DNA of 64,000 nt, from NCBI RefSeq assembly GCF_009914755.1, contig NC_060926.1. The stretch is one strand, 5' to 3'. Every line of letters begins with the position of its first letter. Position 1 is the first letter of the stretch. The notes below the pieces were generated by a model. It did not search any database. It worked only from the letters and a program-made list of their open reading frames with translations, and had not been told where the DNA came from. Positions 1 to 19,200 of this stretch are shown here, piece by piece. A program made the translations under genes and the position numbers. The DNA comes from the human T2T-CHM13v2.0 reference genome, Homo sapiens.

Positions 1-168
1 AACTCAGTATATCTGAGAGATATTTGCACTCCCACGTTTGTTGCAGCACTGTTCACAATAGCCAAGATTTGGAAACAACCTAAATGTCCATTAGCAGATA
101 AGTGGATAAAGAAAATGTGGTATATACACAATGGAGTACTACTATTCAGCCATAAAAAAGAATGAGAT
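1..168 (+). mobile_element. Old LINE-1 3' region (L1MA2-like), left part; host of the full-length L1
   Basis: Diverged L1 ORF2 C-terminal sequence (GCACTGTTCACAATAGCCAAG...GAAAATGTGGTATATACACAATGGAGTACT) that resumes at 6209 after the inserted L1. Confidence 0.8.
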
Positions 169-1066
169 GAAGATGGCCGAATAGGAACAGCTCCGGTCTA
201 CAGCTCCCAGCGTGAGCGATGCAGAAGACGGGTGATTTCTGCATTTCCATCTGAGGTACCAGGTTCATCTCACTAGGGAGTGCCAGACAGTGGGCGCAGG
301 TCAGTGGGTGTGCAAACCATGCACGAGCCGAAGCAGGGCGAGGCATTGCGTCACTTGGGAAGCGCAAGGGGTCAGGGAGTTCCCTTTCCAAGTCAAAGAA
401 AGGGGTGACAGACGCACCTGGAAAATCGGGTCACTCCCACCCGAATATTGCACCTTTCGGACCAGCTTAAAAAACAGCGCACCACGAGATTATATCCCAC
501 ACCTGGCTCGGAGGGTCCTACGCCCACGGAGTCTCACTGATTGCTAGCACAGCAGTCTGAGATCAAACTGCAAGGCGGCAGCGAGGCTGGGGAAGGGGCG
601 CCCGCCATTGCCCAGGCTTGCTTAGGTAAACAAAGCAGCCGGGAAGCTCGAACTGGGTGGAGCCCACCACAGCTCAAGGAGGCCTGCCTGCCTCTGCAGG
701 CTCCACCTCTGGTGGCAGGGCACAGACAAACAAAAAGACAGCAGTAACCTCTGCAGACTTAAATGTCCCTGTCTGACAGCTTTGAAGAGAGCAGTGGTTC
801 TCCCAGCACACAGTTGGAGATCTGAGAATGGGCAGACTGCCTCCTCAAGTGGGTCCCTGACCCCTGACCCCCGAGCAGCCTAACTGGGAGGCACCCCCCA
901 GCAGGGGCACACTGACACCTCACACAGCAGGGTATTCCAACAGACCTGCAGCTGAGGGTCCTGTCTGTTTGTTAGAAGGAAAACTAACAAACAGAAAGGA
1001 CATCCACACCAAAAACCCATCTTTACATCACCATCATCAAAGACCAAAAGTAGATAAAACACAAAG

Positions 1067-2083
1067 ATGGGGGAAAAACAGAACAGAAAAACTGGAAACT
1101 CTAAAACGCAGAGCGCCTCTCCTCCACCAAAGGAACGCAGTTCCTCACCAGCAACGGAACAAAGCTGGATGGAGAATGACTTTGACGAGCTGAGAGAAGA
1201 AGGCTTCAGACGATCAAATTACTCCGAGCTATGGGAGGACATTCAAACCAAAGGCAAAGAAGTTGAAAACTTTGAAAAAAATTTAGAAGAATGTATAACT
1301 AGAATAACCAATACAGAAAAGTGCTTAAAGGGGCTGATGGAGCTGAAAACCAAGGCTCGAGAACTACGTGAAGAATGCAGAAGCCTCAGGAGCCGATGCA
1401 ATCAACTGGAAGAAAGGGTATCAGCAATGGAAGATGAAATGAATGAAATGAAGTGAGAAGGGAAGTTTAGAGAAAAAAGAATAAAAAGAAATGAGCAAAG
1501 CCTCCAAGAAATATGGGACTACGTGAAAAGACCAAATCTATGTCTGATTGGTGTACCTGAAAGTGACGGGGAGAATGGAACCAAGCTGGAAAACACTCTG
1601 CAGGAGATTATCCAGGAGAACTTCCCCAATCTAGCAAGGCAGGCCAACGCTCAGATTCAGGAAATACAGAGAACGCCACAAAGATACTCCTCGAGAAGAG
1701 CAACTCCAAGACACATAATTGTCAGATTCACCAAAGTTGAAATGAAGGAAAAAATGTTAAGGGCAGCCAGAGAGAAAGGTCGGGTTACCCTCAAAGGGAA
1801 GCCCATCAGACTAACAGCAGATCTCTTGGCAGAAACCCTACAAGCCAGAAGAGAGTGGGGGCCAATATTCAACATTCTTAAAGAAAAGAATTTTCAACCC
1901 AGAATTTCATATCCAGCCAAACTAAGCTTCATAAGTGAAGGAGAAATAAAATACTTTACAAACAAGCAAATGCTGGGAGATTTTGTCACCACCAGGCCTG
2001 CCCTAAAAGAGCTCCTGAAGGAAGCGCTAAACATGGAAAGGAACAACCGGTACCAGCCGCTGCAAAATCATGCCAAAATGTAA
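1067..2083 (+). pseudogene. L1 ORF1 (RNA-binding protein) with one premature stop
   Basis: ORF-track pieces 1067-1456 and 1523-2083 are in the same frame. TGA at 1454-1456 replaces the Arg (CGA) of MK-R-EGKF. The frame ends ...QNHAKM as in human ORF1p. Confidence 0.95.
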
Positions 2084-2119
2084 AGACCATTGAGACTAGG
2101 AAGAAACTGCATCAACTAA

Positions 2120-5970
<3,851 letters not shown>

Positions 5971-6208
5971 ACAATGAGATCACATGGACACAGGAAGGGG
6001 AATATCACACTCTGGGGACTGTGGTGGGGTCGGGGGAGGGGGGAGGGATAGCATTGGGAGATATACCTAATGCTAGATGACAAGTTAGTGGGTGCAGCGC
6101 ACCAGCATGGCACATGTATACATATGTAACTAACCTGCACAATGTGCACATGTACCCTAAAACTTAAAGTATAATAAAAAAAAAAAAGAAAAAAAAAAAG
6201 AATGAGAT

Positions 6209-6776
6209 TCTGCCCTTTGCAACAACATGGATGGAACTGGAGATCATTATATTAAGTGAAATAAGTGAGTACTATTCAGCCATAAAAAAGAATGAGATTC
6301 TGCCCTTTGCAACTACATGGATGGAACTGGAGATCATTATGTTAAGTGAAATAAGCCAGGCACAGAAAGATAAACATTGCACGTTCTCACTTATTTGTGA
6401 GATCTACAAATCAAAACAATTGAACTCATGGACATAGAGAGTAGAAGGATGGTTATCAGAGGCCGGAAAAGATAGCTGGAGGTGAGGAGGTGGTGGGGAT
6501 TGTTCATGGGTACAAAAAATAGAAAGAATGAATAAGACCTACTATGTGATAGCACAACAGGGTGACTATAGTCAATAATAATTTATTTGTACATTTAAAG
6601 ATAACTAACAGAGTGTAACTGAATTGTTTGTAACACAAAGGATAAATGCTTGAGGGAATGGAGACCACATTCTCCATGATGTGATTTTTATGCACTGCAA
6701 GCCTGTACCAAAACATCTCATGTACCCCATAAATATATACACTTACTATGTACCCTCAAAATTAAAAATTAAAAAA
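6209..6776 (+). mobile_element. L1MA2-like 3' end, right part, containing a 90-bp tandem duplication
   Basis: Typical L1MA 3'UTR (GATAGCACAACAGGGTGACTATAGTCAATAA...CATGTACCCCATAAATATATAC) ending in an A-rich tail. Confidence 0.8.
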
Positions 6777-6816
6777 TTGTTTATTTGAATCTACGTTCAT
6801 ATTGGATGTTGGTCTA

Positions 6817-6889
6817 TGCCAAGATCTCACCATTGCACTCCAGCCTGGGCAATAAGAGCAAAACCCCGTCTAAAAAAAAAAAAAAAAAA
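6817..6889 (+). mobile_element. Alu 3' fragment with poly(A)
   Basis: GCCAAGATCTCACCATTGCACTCCAGCCTGGGCAATAAGAGCAAAACCCCGTCT followed by an A-run. Confidence 0.85.
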
Positions 6890-7135
6890 TGTTGTTAAGT
6901 ATTGTTATTGGGGTTATGCTAGCATCATAAAAAATGGACAATTTTTACTCCTATTTTCTGAAAGAGTTTTCTTCTATTTTTGATTAAATAAACCCCCAAA
7001 ATTTGAAATTTCTTTGTAGGAATGTTTTGATTGCAAATTCAATTTACTAGATATTGAGTTATTTAACCTTATATCTTTTGTGTCAGTTTTCATAAGTTGT
7101 TTTTCTTCAAGGAGCCTGTCCAATTCACCAATTGG

Positions 7136-7654
7136 TATTGGGAGACAATTCTCCATGGGTCTGTTGTATTTCTGCGCATCTTGAGCAGAGACACCAACAG
7201 CTTTTGTTTCAGACTATCTTTTCAAGATTTTTCTATGGAGAGTACTCTAGAAAGACACAAATAGTTTCTCTTTCTAGAGTAGAAGGCAGGTTTGTTTGCT
7301 GTCCAGTAAAATAAAGATAATGTCTCCTTCTGGGGCAAACTTCAGGCAGGTTTGCTTACAGCTTCTTATCTAAGCCTTGAGATTTCTCATCTCTGACACA
7401 AACCAGCTGTGTGCACAACACTCATCTGAACTGCTTGTGTCACCCTATGGAAGGGAGGATTAAAGAGGAACTGACTCAAGCGTGAAGCTCATGTGGCTTG
7501 CTGTGCCATGAGTAATAAAGGCCTTAGTCTGTGACCCAGGAGTCTCATATCTTCTGCCAACATACATAAGTCTGGCAGGCTAACTTGTAAGCTTGCAAAT
7601 AGAGTGAAATAATCATAGTTCTTGACAATTTAAGATCCTTCACAGTTCCTGACA
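7136..7654 (+). mobile_element. Solo LTR, ERVL class (LTR40-like)
   Basis: Starts T(A)TTGGGAGACAATTCTCCATGGGTCT, ends ...CCTGACA, internal AATAAA near 7514, 5-bp TSD ATTGG at 7131-7135 and 7655-7659. Family name from memory. Confidence 0.7.
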
Positions 7655-7834
7655 ATTGGCATAGGTTGATTATCATATGCTTTATTCTCTTTTAAATGTC
7701 TACAGCTCTGTAGTGAAGTTGCTGCTTTCATTTATATTATTGTTGATTGGGGTTTTTTTTTTCCCTCTCTCTCTTTCTCTCTGTGCGCATGTGAGTCCTT
7801 TGATCAGTCTTGCTAGAGGTTTATCAATTTTATT

Positions 7835-9545
<1,711 letters not shown>

Positions 9546-9559
9546 TCTCTCTCTCTCTC

Positions 9560-9631
<72 letters not shown>
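9546..9631. repeat. Compound (TC)n(TA)n microsatellite
   Basis: Read directly from the sequence. Confidence 0.97.
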
Positions 9632-9632
<1 letters not shown>

Positions 9633-11882
9633 CTTATTTACCATTTCAGCTGCTCCTCATTCTTCCCTGCAAATCTTCAGAGGTGAATTTTTCTCACTTC
9701 TCCTGCTCTGTCCTCAGTCTTCTAAGTATTAACCCAATGAACTTAGTGAAGGACTGTGGGAAAGAGTTCCTAAATTGGTGTAGACTTGCTCTGTGATTAG
9801 AGACCCTTGGATTTCAAATTTACTATGTCAGTCTACATGTTACCATTAAAAGTTTGATTTGCCTGGTTTTCCCATACCCCTGTCTACATCGAATTTTCCT
9901 TCTCTCACCACTCTGCCAGGAATGAACACAACCATGCATCTCTTTTCTCCTTGAAAGGGCTTGTGACTTAGTTCATTTAGGTTTCTATGTATCCTCAGCT
10001 CTCTGACAGATTTAAAAAATAAAAAAAAATCCACAACTATGATTTCATAACTTCTTTTGAGTGTCCTTGTTGCTAAGATGAAAGCAACAGTATCTTGTGA
10101 CTTTCCACACCTTTAAAAAAAGTGGAAGTACCCCGACGTCTCTCTCAATTTATTTGTGGAACTCAGTCCCTCGATGAAAGGTAATATAAGCCCCATGGCT
10201 TTTCTAATCATTTTCAGTTTAATAAAAAGGTCTTATTGTCAGCTGTTCAAATGTTCACTCCAATACCATCATAAATACTTTAAGTTTCATTTAACTTTCT
10301 CTCTTTTCTCAGGTCCAGCCTATTGCAGGCTGAACACCAGCACTGAGGGAGGAGGGCAACACTGGCTCCCCTCTCGCCCCTCCAGTGCTTTTCTCTGTCC
10401 TCCTGTCTTTCTAATCTGCTTCCAGATCCCTCTAGGGGGGAATACTGGGAACAGGAAGAAGCAAGGAAGCAGGAAATACCTAATTGACCGACACCTATTC
10501 TGGCTGTGATAGATTTTTTTTTTTTAACCCACCTCCTTTTTGAGATCTTTCATGGTTTCTTAAAGACCTAGATCTCTCTCCCCGCACTGCCAGGGAATCT
10601 CTCACCTGACATTCCCTTCATGAAGATACATCCATCTCCATGACAACTGGCCTTTTATGCTTCCTCAGCCCTTATGCATCTGTGCATCTGCTAGTGACTT
10701 CAGCTGCAGTTCTGCTGAGACTTTTTTCTCCCAAGTATTCCTCTTAAACAAAACCCAAGACATTTCACACTGCCCTTGCTTGGGGTCCTCATGTAGTCCC
10801 AAGGAAATACATATACATTCTTTGTCCTAATCAACTCTGAGAGCACAGGCTCCCCTGCAGCTGCCTCTCTTTACCCTCCAAGCAACTAGCCAGATATCCC
10901 TTACCCTTTAGCTTTTCTAGGTGGATTTAATACGTTATCCCCTACTTCTAGGGACCACATATGAAACTCCCTGGGCAATCATCTTGAAGCCTTTTCCTTA
11001 GTCATGAAATGCAGTTTAAGAATGTCCAGTGCTCCATCATAGGGAGATAGGATTCAAAACCTATAGAATCTACTCTCCATAATGCTTCCTAACCTCCAAC
11101 TCCCACCCCATCTCTAGACTCTATGAGTGAGAAACTTAAGAGTCACAAAATTGGTTTTTCATCTTTAGAAATTATATGATGTTCCACCTTACTTTGGAAT
11201 GTAACATCTTTGTGTCTCAGTGGAAATTGCATTAAAAAAAAATCCATGAACCATGTAGGTCCATCTCAAAAAAAGAATCCAGCTATATTTGCAACCACAA
11301 AAAATTAAAAACAACCTAAAGTTCAGCAATATGGGACTAGTTAAATAACTTATGGTACAACTATGCAAGAGAATATTCCACAGCTCCCCCCACCCCAAAA
11401 GGACAAGGATGCTCTTCATCTGTTGATATAAAATGATCCCTATAGTGTTAAGGGAAAAAAGGAAGAGTGTGGTGTGTACATACAGGATGGTATTGCTATT
11501 TTTAAAAAGGCTTTTGCTTGTGTTTAATAAGACATCTCTGATAGGATACACAGGAAACTGGTTGCATCTGAGGAGGGACATTTGGTAGCCAGGAATAGCT
11601 TTTTGTACTTTGTGAATTTTAAACCAAGTGAATATACAACTATATTTTAAAAGAAGATAATATTAAATTTAAAAATGAGTGTACAGCAAGGAAATAAAGA
11701 TTATAGCTGACTGACTTTCAAGCAAGGGGCTTGGCTGTGAAGGGCAAATGTGAGGAGATGAGCTAGTATGAGCTGCAAGACTGAGAAATGATGTTTCATT
11801 TTTTGTAGCAGGGTCATGGCTATTGCATGATTTGCATAAGCCTATTATACTGACTTGCAACATCCTTCTTCCCCCCAGGTAA

Positions 11883-12186
<304 letters not shown>

Positions 12187-15149
12187 ATAGGATGCTGACG
12201 ATCTTCCTGGGAAACCTTGAGCTGTATCCATGATGGAGGTTCAGACATAGCTAGACATGTCTGTCAGGTGGGGTTTAGTTTGAGGCGGGTAAGCAGAGAC
12301 TAGATTATTAGACAGGACAGCCCCTGAGAGAGAGAAACACGGAGTTGTGTTTGGGGTGTATTGTTCACATAGAAAATAACTGCACAGAGCCCCCTGTGGC
12401 AAGGTATCAGGCCTGTTGAGGGCATGCTTGTTGTTGGTCTTCTAATGAAGATTAAGGCAAAGTGATAGGAATCATTACCTTCCCTTCTGTCTGCAAATCC
12501 CACTTGTCCAGGCACCACAAGGGTGCAGATCAGTAGATGCTAGCACCATTACATTGAGAACACTGGTGGCCACAGCCATCAGCAGATTCTGCATGCTAGC
12601 TTGAAACCCTACCTCAGCTGAGGATGAGGCCAGCACTTAGGCATATTGCTGACTCAGCTGGAATCTTCAGAGGCTGCTGAGCTGAAGGCAGCGGTGCCAG
12701 TAGCTCTCTAGTGGTGTGCGATGGAACCTTAACATGGCTGAGCTAAGGGTGGGCTGGAAGAGGAAGGTCACTAGCAAAGCAGCACAGCAACAAATGAACA
12801 CAGCTTTTTCATGAACACGTGTGAGACCTCCCTTTCCTTTGGGAATCCTAGGCATACCTGGAGGCAGGAGTGGGTGGAGGTTAGGTTAGAATTATCTGCA
12901 AGATGCTAGAGAACATTTGTAAACTGGTAATTTTTTTTTAGCCGGTTACAATTTAGATTTAATCTGGAAGCTGGTGAAACCTGAAAATATTTGGGTTGTT
13001 CTATTTATTTATAGTTTACCTTTTGTATAAGACAGGTTTATATGTTTATTAGCTGGGGATTGAATAGTTAGGAGGAAGAGCTTGAATATAAGGAAATATA
13101 AGCAAGGAAGAAAATAAACCAATTTGTCAGGGTCCTGATCTCAAGATGAATTGGGGGTGATGGTAGAAAGATAGGGTCAAAAGCAGTGCACCTTCTCTTC
13201 TAAGTCAGGAGGGGAGGAGTTGAAGTAAAGGTGGATTTTTAAATATGCATTGGACTTCCTCAATACAGTCAGAGGCTGTGTCATCTGCTGAGAGATGAGT
13301 AAGTTAAGAATGGGTGGAGCTCTTGAGAGCAATGAAGGTTTGACCATCGTTGGGGGAATTGAGGTGGAGCTGACTAGACAAAGAAAGGATTGCTGAATGG
13401 CGCCAAGTATCCCAGTGAAGTTGAAGGCCATGAATTTGAAGTGGCAAAGACTTCTCTGTCTTCCTAAGTCTCTGATTTAGAAGCCCTCCTTTGGGCTTCC
13501 AGGGCACTGTGCTCTTCCATCCTGATAATGCTTATCACATTATGGGGTAACTGTTGAACTCCACCTCACCACCCCACCCCATCAGACTATATGCTCTGAG
13601 AAGGAAGAGAACCTCCCTCTTATTTTTTGTGTATTGCTCTGAGTCTAGCAATTTCTTCTGCTGTTTCCAGTGCACAGTGGATGCTCGATAAATACTGGCT
13701 GAATAAACATTAGCATTGTCATCATTGTGAGATTCTTCTATTTCTCTCAGAAGCCTGGGTAGAGAAGCAAAGGAGGCAGATGGTGTAAATGATCCAAGGT
13801 GGTTAGAAGGTTTGCAGGGTGGATGTGGCACAGGGTGAAGATGTTAAGGGTGCTGGCGAGAGTCTTGCTGACACAGTGCACCATGAGGGCTGGGTTGAGT
13901 AGGATTTGAGAGGTGGCACACATCCAGATGAAGGAAACATTTGGGGTGAGGCCATGGGAGCGGAGTGCTTATGAGAAAAATGAGGATTGAAGCAGGGCTG
14001 GGATATGACCTTGGCAGTCCAAATGTCTCCTGGTCTCTAAGCTCTACTTTTCGGTGAATTCCTCGCAATCCAGTGGGAACCTCCCATCATTAAGGGTAAG
14101 GAGGGGAAAAGCATTTAAACAACAAATAGATTCTAGTTGAAAATAGATTTGTGAGTGAGAGAAGAAAACAGATATTAGAACTTTACTTCTAAACCACAAT
14201 ATTGACATTCAATTTGTACAGATAATTTTTCTTCAAAGTAGATAAAATGAAATTTGCATAATCATGTGGTTAAACTTTGCAACTGTCATAGCTTTTGGTC
14301 ACTATTATTACCCTGGTTTTCAAAGCACAGACCATACCCAAGTCATCTTTGTGGACCCTGAACCGAGCACATGGGGGTACTGCCCAGCTGGCTGGCACAA
14401 ACCTGGAAACAGTCTCCAAGTCTTGAGTTCTTTATTTTACTGGTAACTAAAACCTATTTCTACTGACATGTTAGTCAGTTAAATTTACATGTCTGTTTTA
14501 TGATCTTTTTTTGAGCTACCAAAGACTTCTGCTTTCCATTTTGCAGATATTCTATTTAGATAATACCAGGCAGGGAAACAAGATTTGCACAGATTTGAAA
14601 ATTCCATAAGTTTTCAAATAAGTGGGGAACACTCAGAGGTTCAGGAAGACTGCATCAAGAACTAATTTTTTCTGGGATAATTGAACTTCACATCATTCTA
14701 ACAAATAGGTACTGAACAATACCCTGTGAAAGACACTGAACAAATGGAAAATATATACTGTTCCTGCTGTCAAGCAGTTTGCAGTCAGGTAGAGAAGGAT
14801 TAGAATGACATAAGTGACTACAGAAGAAAGCAGAACTGTGGAGGAGACAGGACAACTGCCTTGGGTAAGAAGAAAATCTTCAAGCGGTCAAGGATCAAGT
14901 CTTTTGTGAAAGTTTATAATCACAATCACTTCATGCCCACAAGATGCTCTGTGGATATTCCCTTGGACAAAAACTGTCATCAACAAGGATACCCTCAGAG
15001 ACCCTGCTCTTAAATGCAAGGCCAGTGGGAGCCAAGGTGAAGTCCAAAGAGAGGTACCAGATGGGCAAGAACAAGTCGTTCTCCCAGAAACTGTGGTTTT
15101 AGATGTTTTTGTTGTTTTCAGTCTTTACAAATAAAAAAATAAATAATAT

Positions 15150-15570
15150 ACATATGAAATCAGTACTCAAAATGTCATGGTTTAAACGACAAGCATTTAT
15201 TTGGCACATGAATCCATGGGTTGGACTCAGTGATCCTTCTGATCTGTGCTGGCTTCTTCAGGCCTCTGGGGTCAGTTAGGTGTTTCTGCCTCTAAAAGGT
15301 GGCCAGCTATTGGCTAGTGCAATGGGGACACTTGCTCTCATCATCTGAAACTCTAGTCCATGCTTGTTCCTATGTGGCATAAGCACAGCCTGAGGGCAAA
15401 CCCCAGTGCACATGCATTTTTTCACGCTTCTGCTTGTGTTGCATTGGATACTATTCCATGAGCCAAACAAGTCACAGTGCCAATCTCAGAGTCAGTGCAA
15501 GAGAGCACCGCTACAGTGTGTGGAATCAGGGAAGGGGCAGACTTGTACCCATTTTTGTAACCTACCACTC
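15150..15570 (-). mobile_element. Old MaLR LTR (MLT1-type)
   Basis: Shares the CTGCTTG...CCA.T.GCCAAA..AAGTCAC block with 62150-62225. Boundaries approximate. Confidence 0.5.
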
Positions 15571-15943
15571 CTTGCTAATTGATAAAGGAAACAGATAGTA
15601 AGTTACACAACAAATAGAAGGTCATCACAGTAGGTCATCACACATTCATAGTAGGTCATAGTGGGAGACTTCCTATTATTACTAGTGATTAAAGAAATAT
15701 ACATTAATATGGGCTTCTAGTCCTCATTTTGTAGAAGAGAAAACTGGAGGCTCAAAGCCTTGCTAAGATGATGGGTAGATGACTATGACTACCCAGCCTG
15801 CAGACCAAGCAAGATCCCCAGCTCCAAGTTCAGCAGCCAAAGGCAAGTCTCGATTCATACTCTGGCTCTACCATGTCTTAGTAGTATAACTTTGTATAAC
15901 ATTTCTATGACTCAATTTCACCTCTGTAAAATGAGAGCAATAC

Positions 15944-16275
<332 letters not shown>

Positions 16276-19200
16276 TCACAGATTACGAGAACTAAGTGAG
16301 ATCATGTGAAAACATTCTTTGAAGGTCTTGGTACCTGTTCAATTCATACCTCCTCTTTTTCTTTCTGATGCAATTTTGTGAAACCAGCTACAAAATAAAG
16401 CAAAATCAGAAAAGCCCAGACAAAACAAACTAGCAAATAAATAGATAAAACTATAGGGACTAAGAAGAAACTGCAATTTTTGTGTTTAACTGGTGACTGT
16501 TCATTCTGTTGTTCATTCACCCAGCAATTATTGAGTGCCTCTACTGGACTTGACACTGTGCTAGGCATTGGGAATGCAGTGGTAAACAGAAAGAGGCAGA
16601 TTCCTACCCTCATGAAGCTTAGAATCTAATGTCAAAAACAGACAATAACCAAATGATCACATTAATTAGTGCTGTACAATGCCCTTGGTTAGTTTTAGTA
16701 GGAGACCATATAATTGAAATATGTGACCCAATTAAGAGTAGGAGGGGGCCAGGAAGGGTCTCCTTGATAAATGGATGAGTGAGTTGAGGTATGAAGGGGA
16801 CAGTGATTATTTCATCTAGACCACGCTGGGGTTATAAGGGGCCAGGCCATGTGGTCTCTGGGGAATGACAAGGAGATTATATTAACCCTAGGCAATTGGA
16901 AGTCATAGAAGGGTATGAGCAAGGTTGAGATTTGGAAAGCTTTCTCTGGGATCAGGGTGGAGAACAGATTAGAGCAGGGAAGAAGTGGATGCAGCTAAAT
17001 TACCAGAAGATTATTAGAAATACAATTGGAATTCCAATAATTGGAAGATTATTGGAATTGCAATTCACTGATTATTTCCTTTAAAAAAATAAAGTAATGG
17101 TAGACCTGTTAATTCTACTTTGTGAAGCATACATCCTAAGGAAATATACCCCAAATATTTGTACATTGATCAGAACTGGTCAGTGACTAACATCAGACCA
17201 CTAATAGTACATTTTAGAATGAAATTATTGACTAAATGGGTTTTAGACGGCTAAGTTATTGTAAAATCCATGTGTATTGGTCCTTAAGAACGAACAGGGC
17301 CATATTTACTTTATCGTTACCAATTTTAAAAATCCATATACCTAGCCAGGTTGTCCCTACCCTAGTGTCACATTGCAGGGAGAAATATTAAGTAGGCTGT
17401 GATATTTCAATATGAAGAGATCCTGCACAGCTGCAAAGTACGGCAGGAAAGTGTAGATGACGTGAAGATGTTAAGTGTTAAACAAGCTGAATACAAATTA
17501 TTAGCAGCACACTGATTATTAGGAAAAACTCATGAGCAAAGTTCAGAAGAGAAACTGAAATATTTCCTGAGGCTCGGGTACTTGGTTTAAAAAGACTTAA
17601 GAGTAACACTTGAGTTTAACGGTGTTGGGAGTGGAGTCTACTTATTCATCACCGAAGGGGCTCAATCGCATTGCTTCCCAAAGAAAGTTGAGAGACTGTG
17701 CTCCCTGCACTGTGTAATTGTAGCTTGATCCACTAGTCATAGATTCTTAGAAATAAGTAAACATACAGATCTTCAAATGAGACTCTCAACTTCAGCGTCT
17801 TCATGATAATAACTGTACATTCCAAGTTTTTGGTACTTTATAGCACTTTTTTTTCTACAACTGTAAAGTGCCTGTGGGAAGTGTTTGTATTTTAAATAGC
17901 TTAATAAAAAATGCAAGAAGTTAAAGGTAGATCTGAGAAACATTCAGATATCCACAAAGCAATTTTTAAAATATTAGTGAAATTGGTGACTAAAAATGAA
18001 ATTTCAAGTTGCTGCTGAATCTCCTAGAATAAACCTAGACTGCATTGACATGTAATTGTTTTTCTCTTTCAGAGTGACAACTATAGCTTCCATAAGAAAG
18101 TTTTGGAGGCTCCTAAAAATGACAGATAAATGAACTAACCTAATCAGCAAAATTAAACTATAGGAAAGAGTATGGACCTTGAAAAGACAGGTATGGTTCA
18201 AATTCCTTCCCTCAGTTGGGAAAATCCCATTACCCTTTGAAATTGCAGCTTCCTTGTAGGAAAAACAGGGATAAAAGTAACTATCTTTCAGGGTTGATAG
18301 GAAATTTAAATGAGGTATTGTATATGCAAGCAGCTGAGGAACACTCAATTAGAATATTAGAGCCCCTTCCTTATCTTTCAGACTTGAATGAGTTTCTTGG
18401 TGCATTTTCTTCCTCTTTCCCAGCTTAGCCAGCTTGACGACTAAAGCAACACCTTTCCAAGCAACATTGGAAATTTGACCTCCTCATCAGAAAAATGTGT
18501 ATAGACATCTCTGGAGTCAGGCTACCCCATATGAAGCTTGGATTTTGGCTTCACTGTGGCTGCAGGTATTTGAGGATGCAATTAGCTGAACTAATCTCAC
18601 TCAAATTCCTAAGTGCGACTTCTTACGTGGTTTTCATCTAGCCGTTCTATCTATCCCAACAAGAATCTGTTGCTAGACCTCAAAAACACTGAGTGCTGTC
18701 AGGAAAAAATGTACAAGGCACCACAAAGATTATGGGGCATCTACTATGGAAAACCTAGACATTGTCTAGAGCATTGTTTGTGGTTATCTCTGTCTTTCAT
18801 TGCCTTTGATCTATTTTTCAACTCTCCACATTGTAGAAAATGACTGATAATTCAAATGATTCTTTTCCATAAAAATGCAAGTGAACAATGTTCGGTGGGA
18901 TGCAATGGACTAATTTTGTAGGTATTTATAAATTTATTTTAACATTTTGTATTACCTATGTATATATGTGATTCTCTGAATTCTCTTTTGAACTGATCAT
19001 AACATCTTACTGGATCTCATTAATTAATGCATTAAAGTCTTTGACCCATGTTCATTTTATATGAGAGTCTTGATTTTATATTAAAAAATGATCCTTTGAG
19101 AGTGGCTAATCCTGACAAGGGGGAGTCTCCCAGCACAGTGCACCAGCTCTTCAGCTGATCCTGACAAGAGGGATTCTCTCAGGACAGCGCACCAGCTCTG

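Noticed and set aside
146-391. 81-aa antisense ORF (MERELPDPLRF...) as a novel gene or L1 ORF0
   Set aside because: It is generic antisense L1 5'UTR sequence with a non-ATG start. True ORF0 begins at 608 and is stopped at codon 25.
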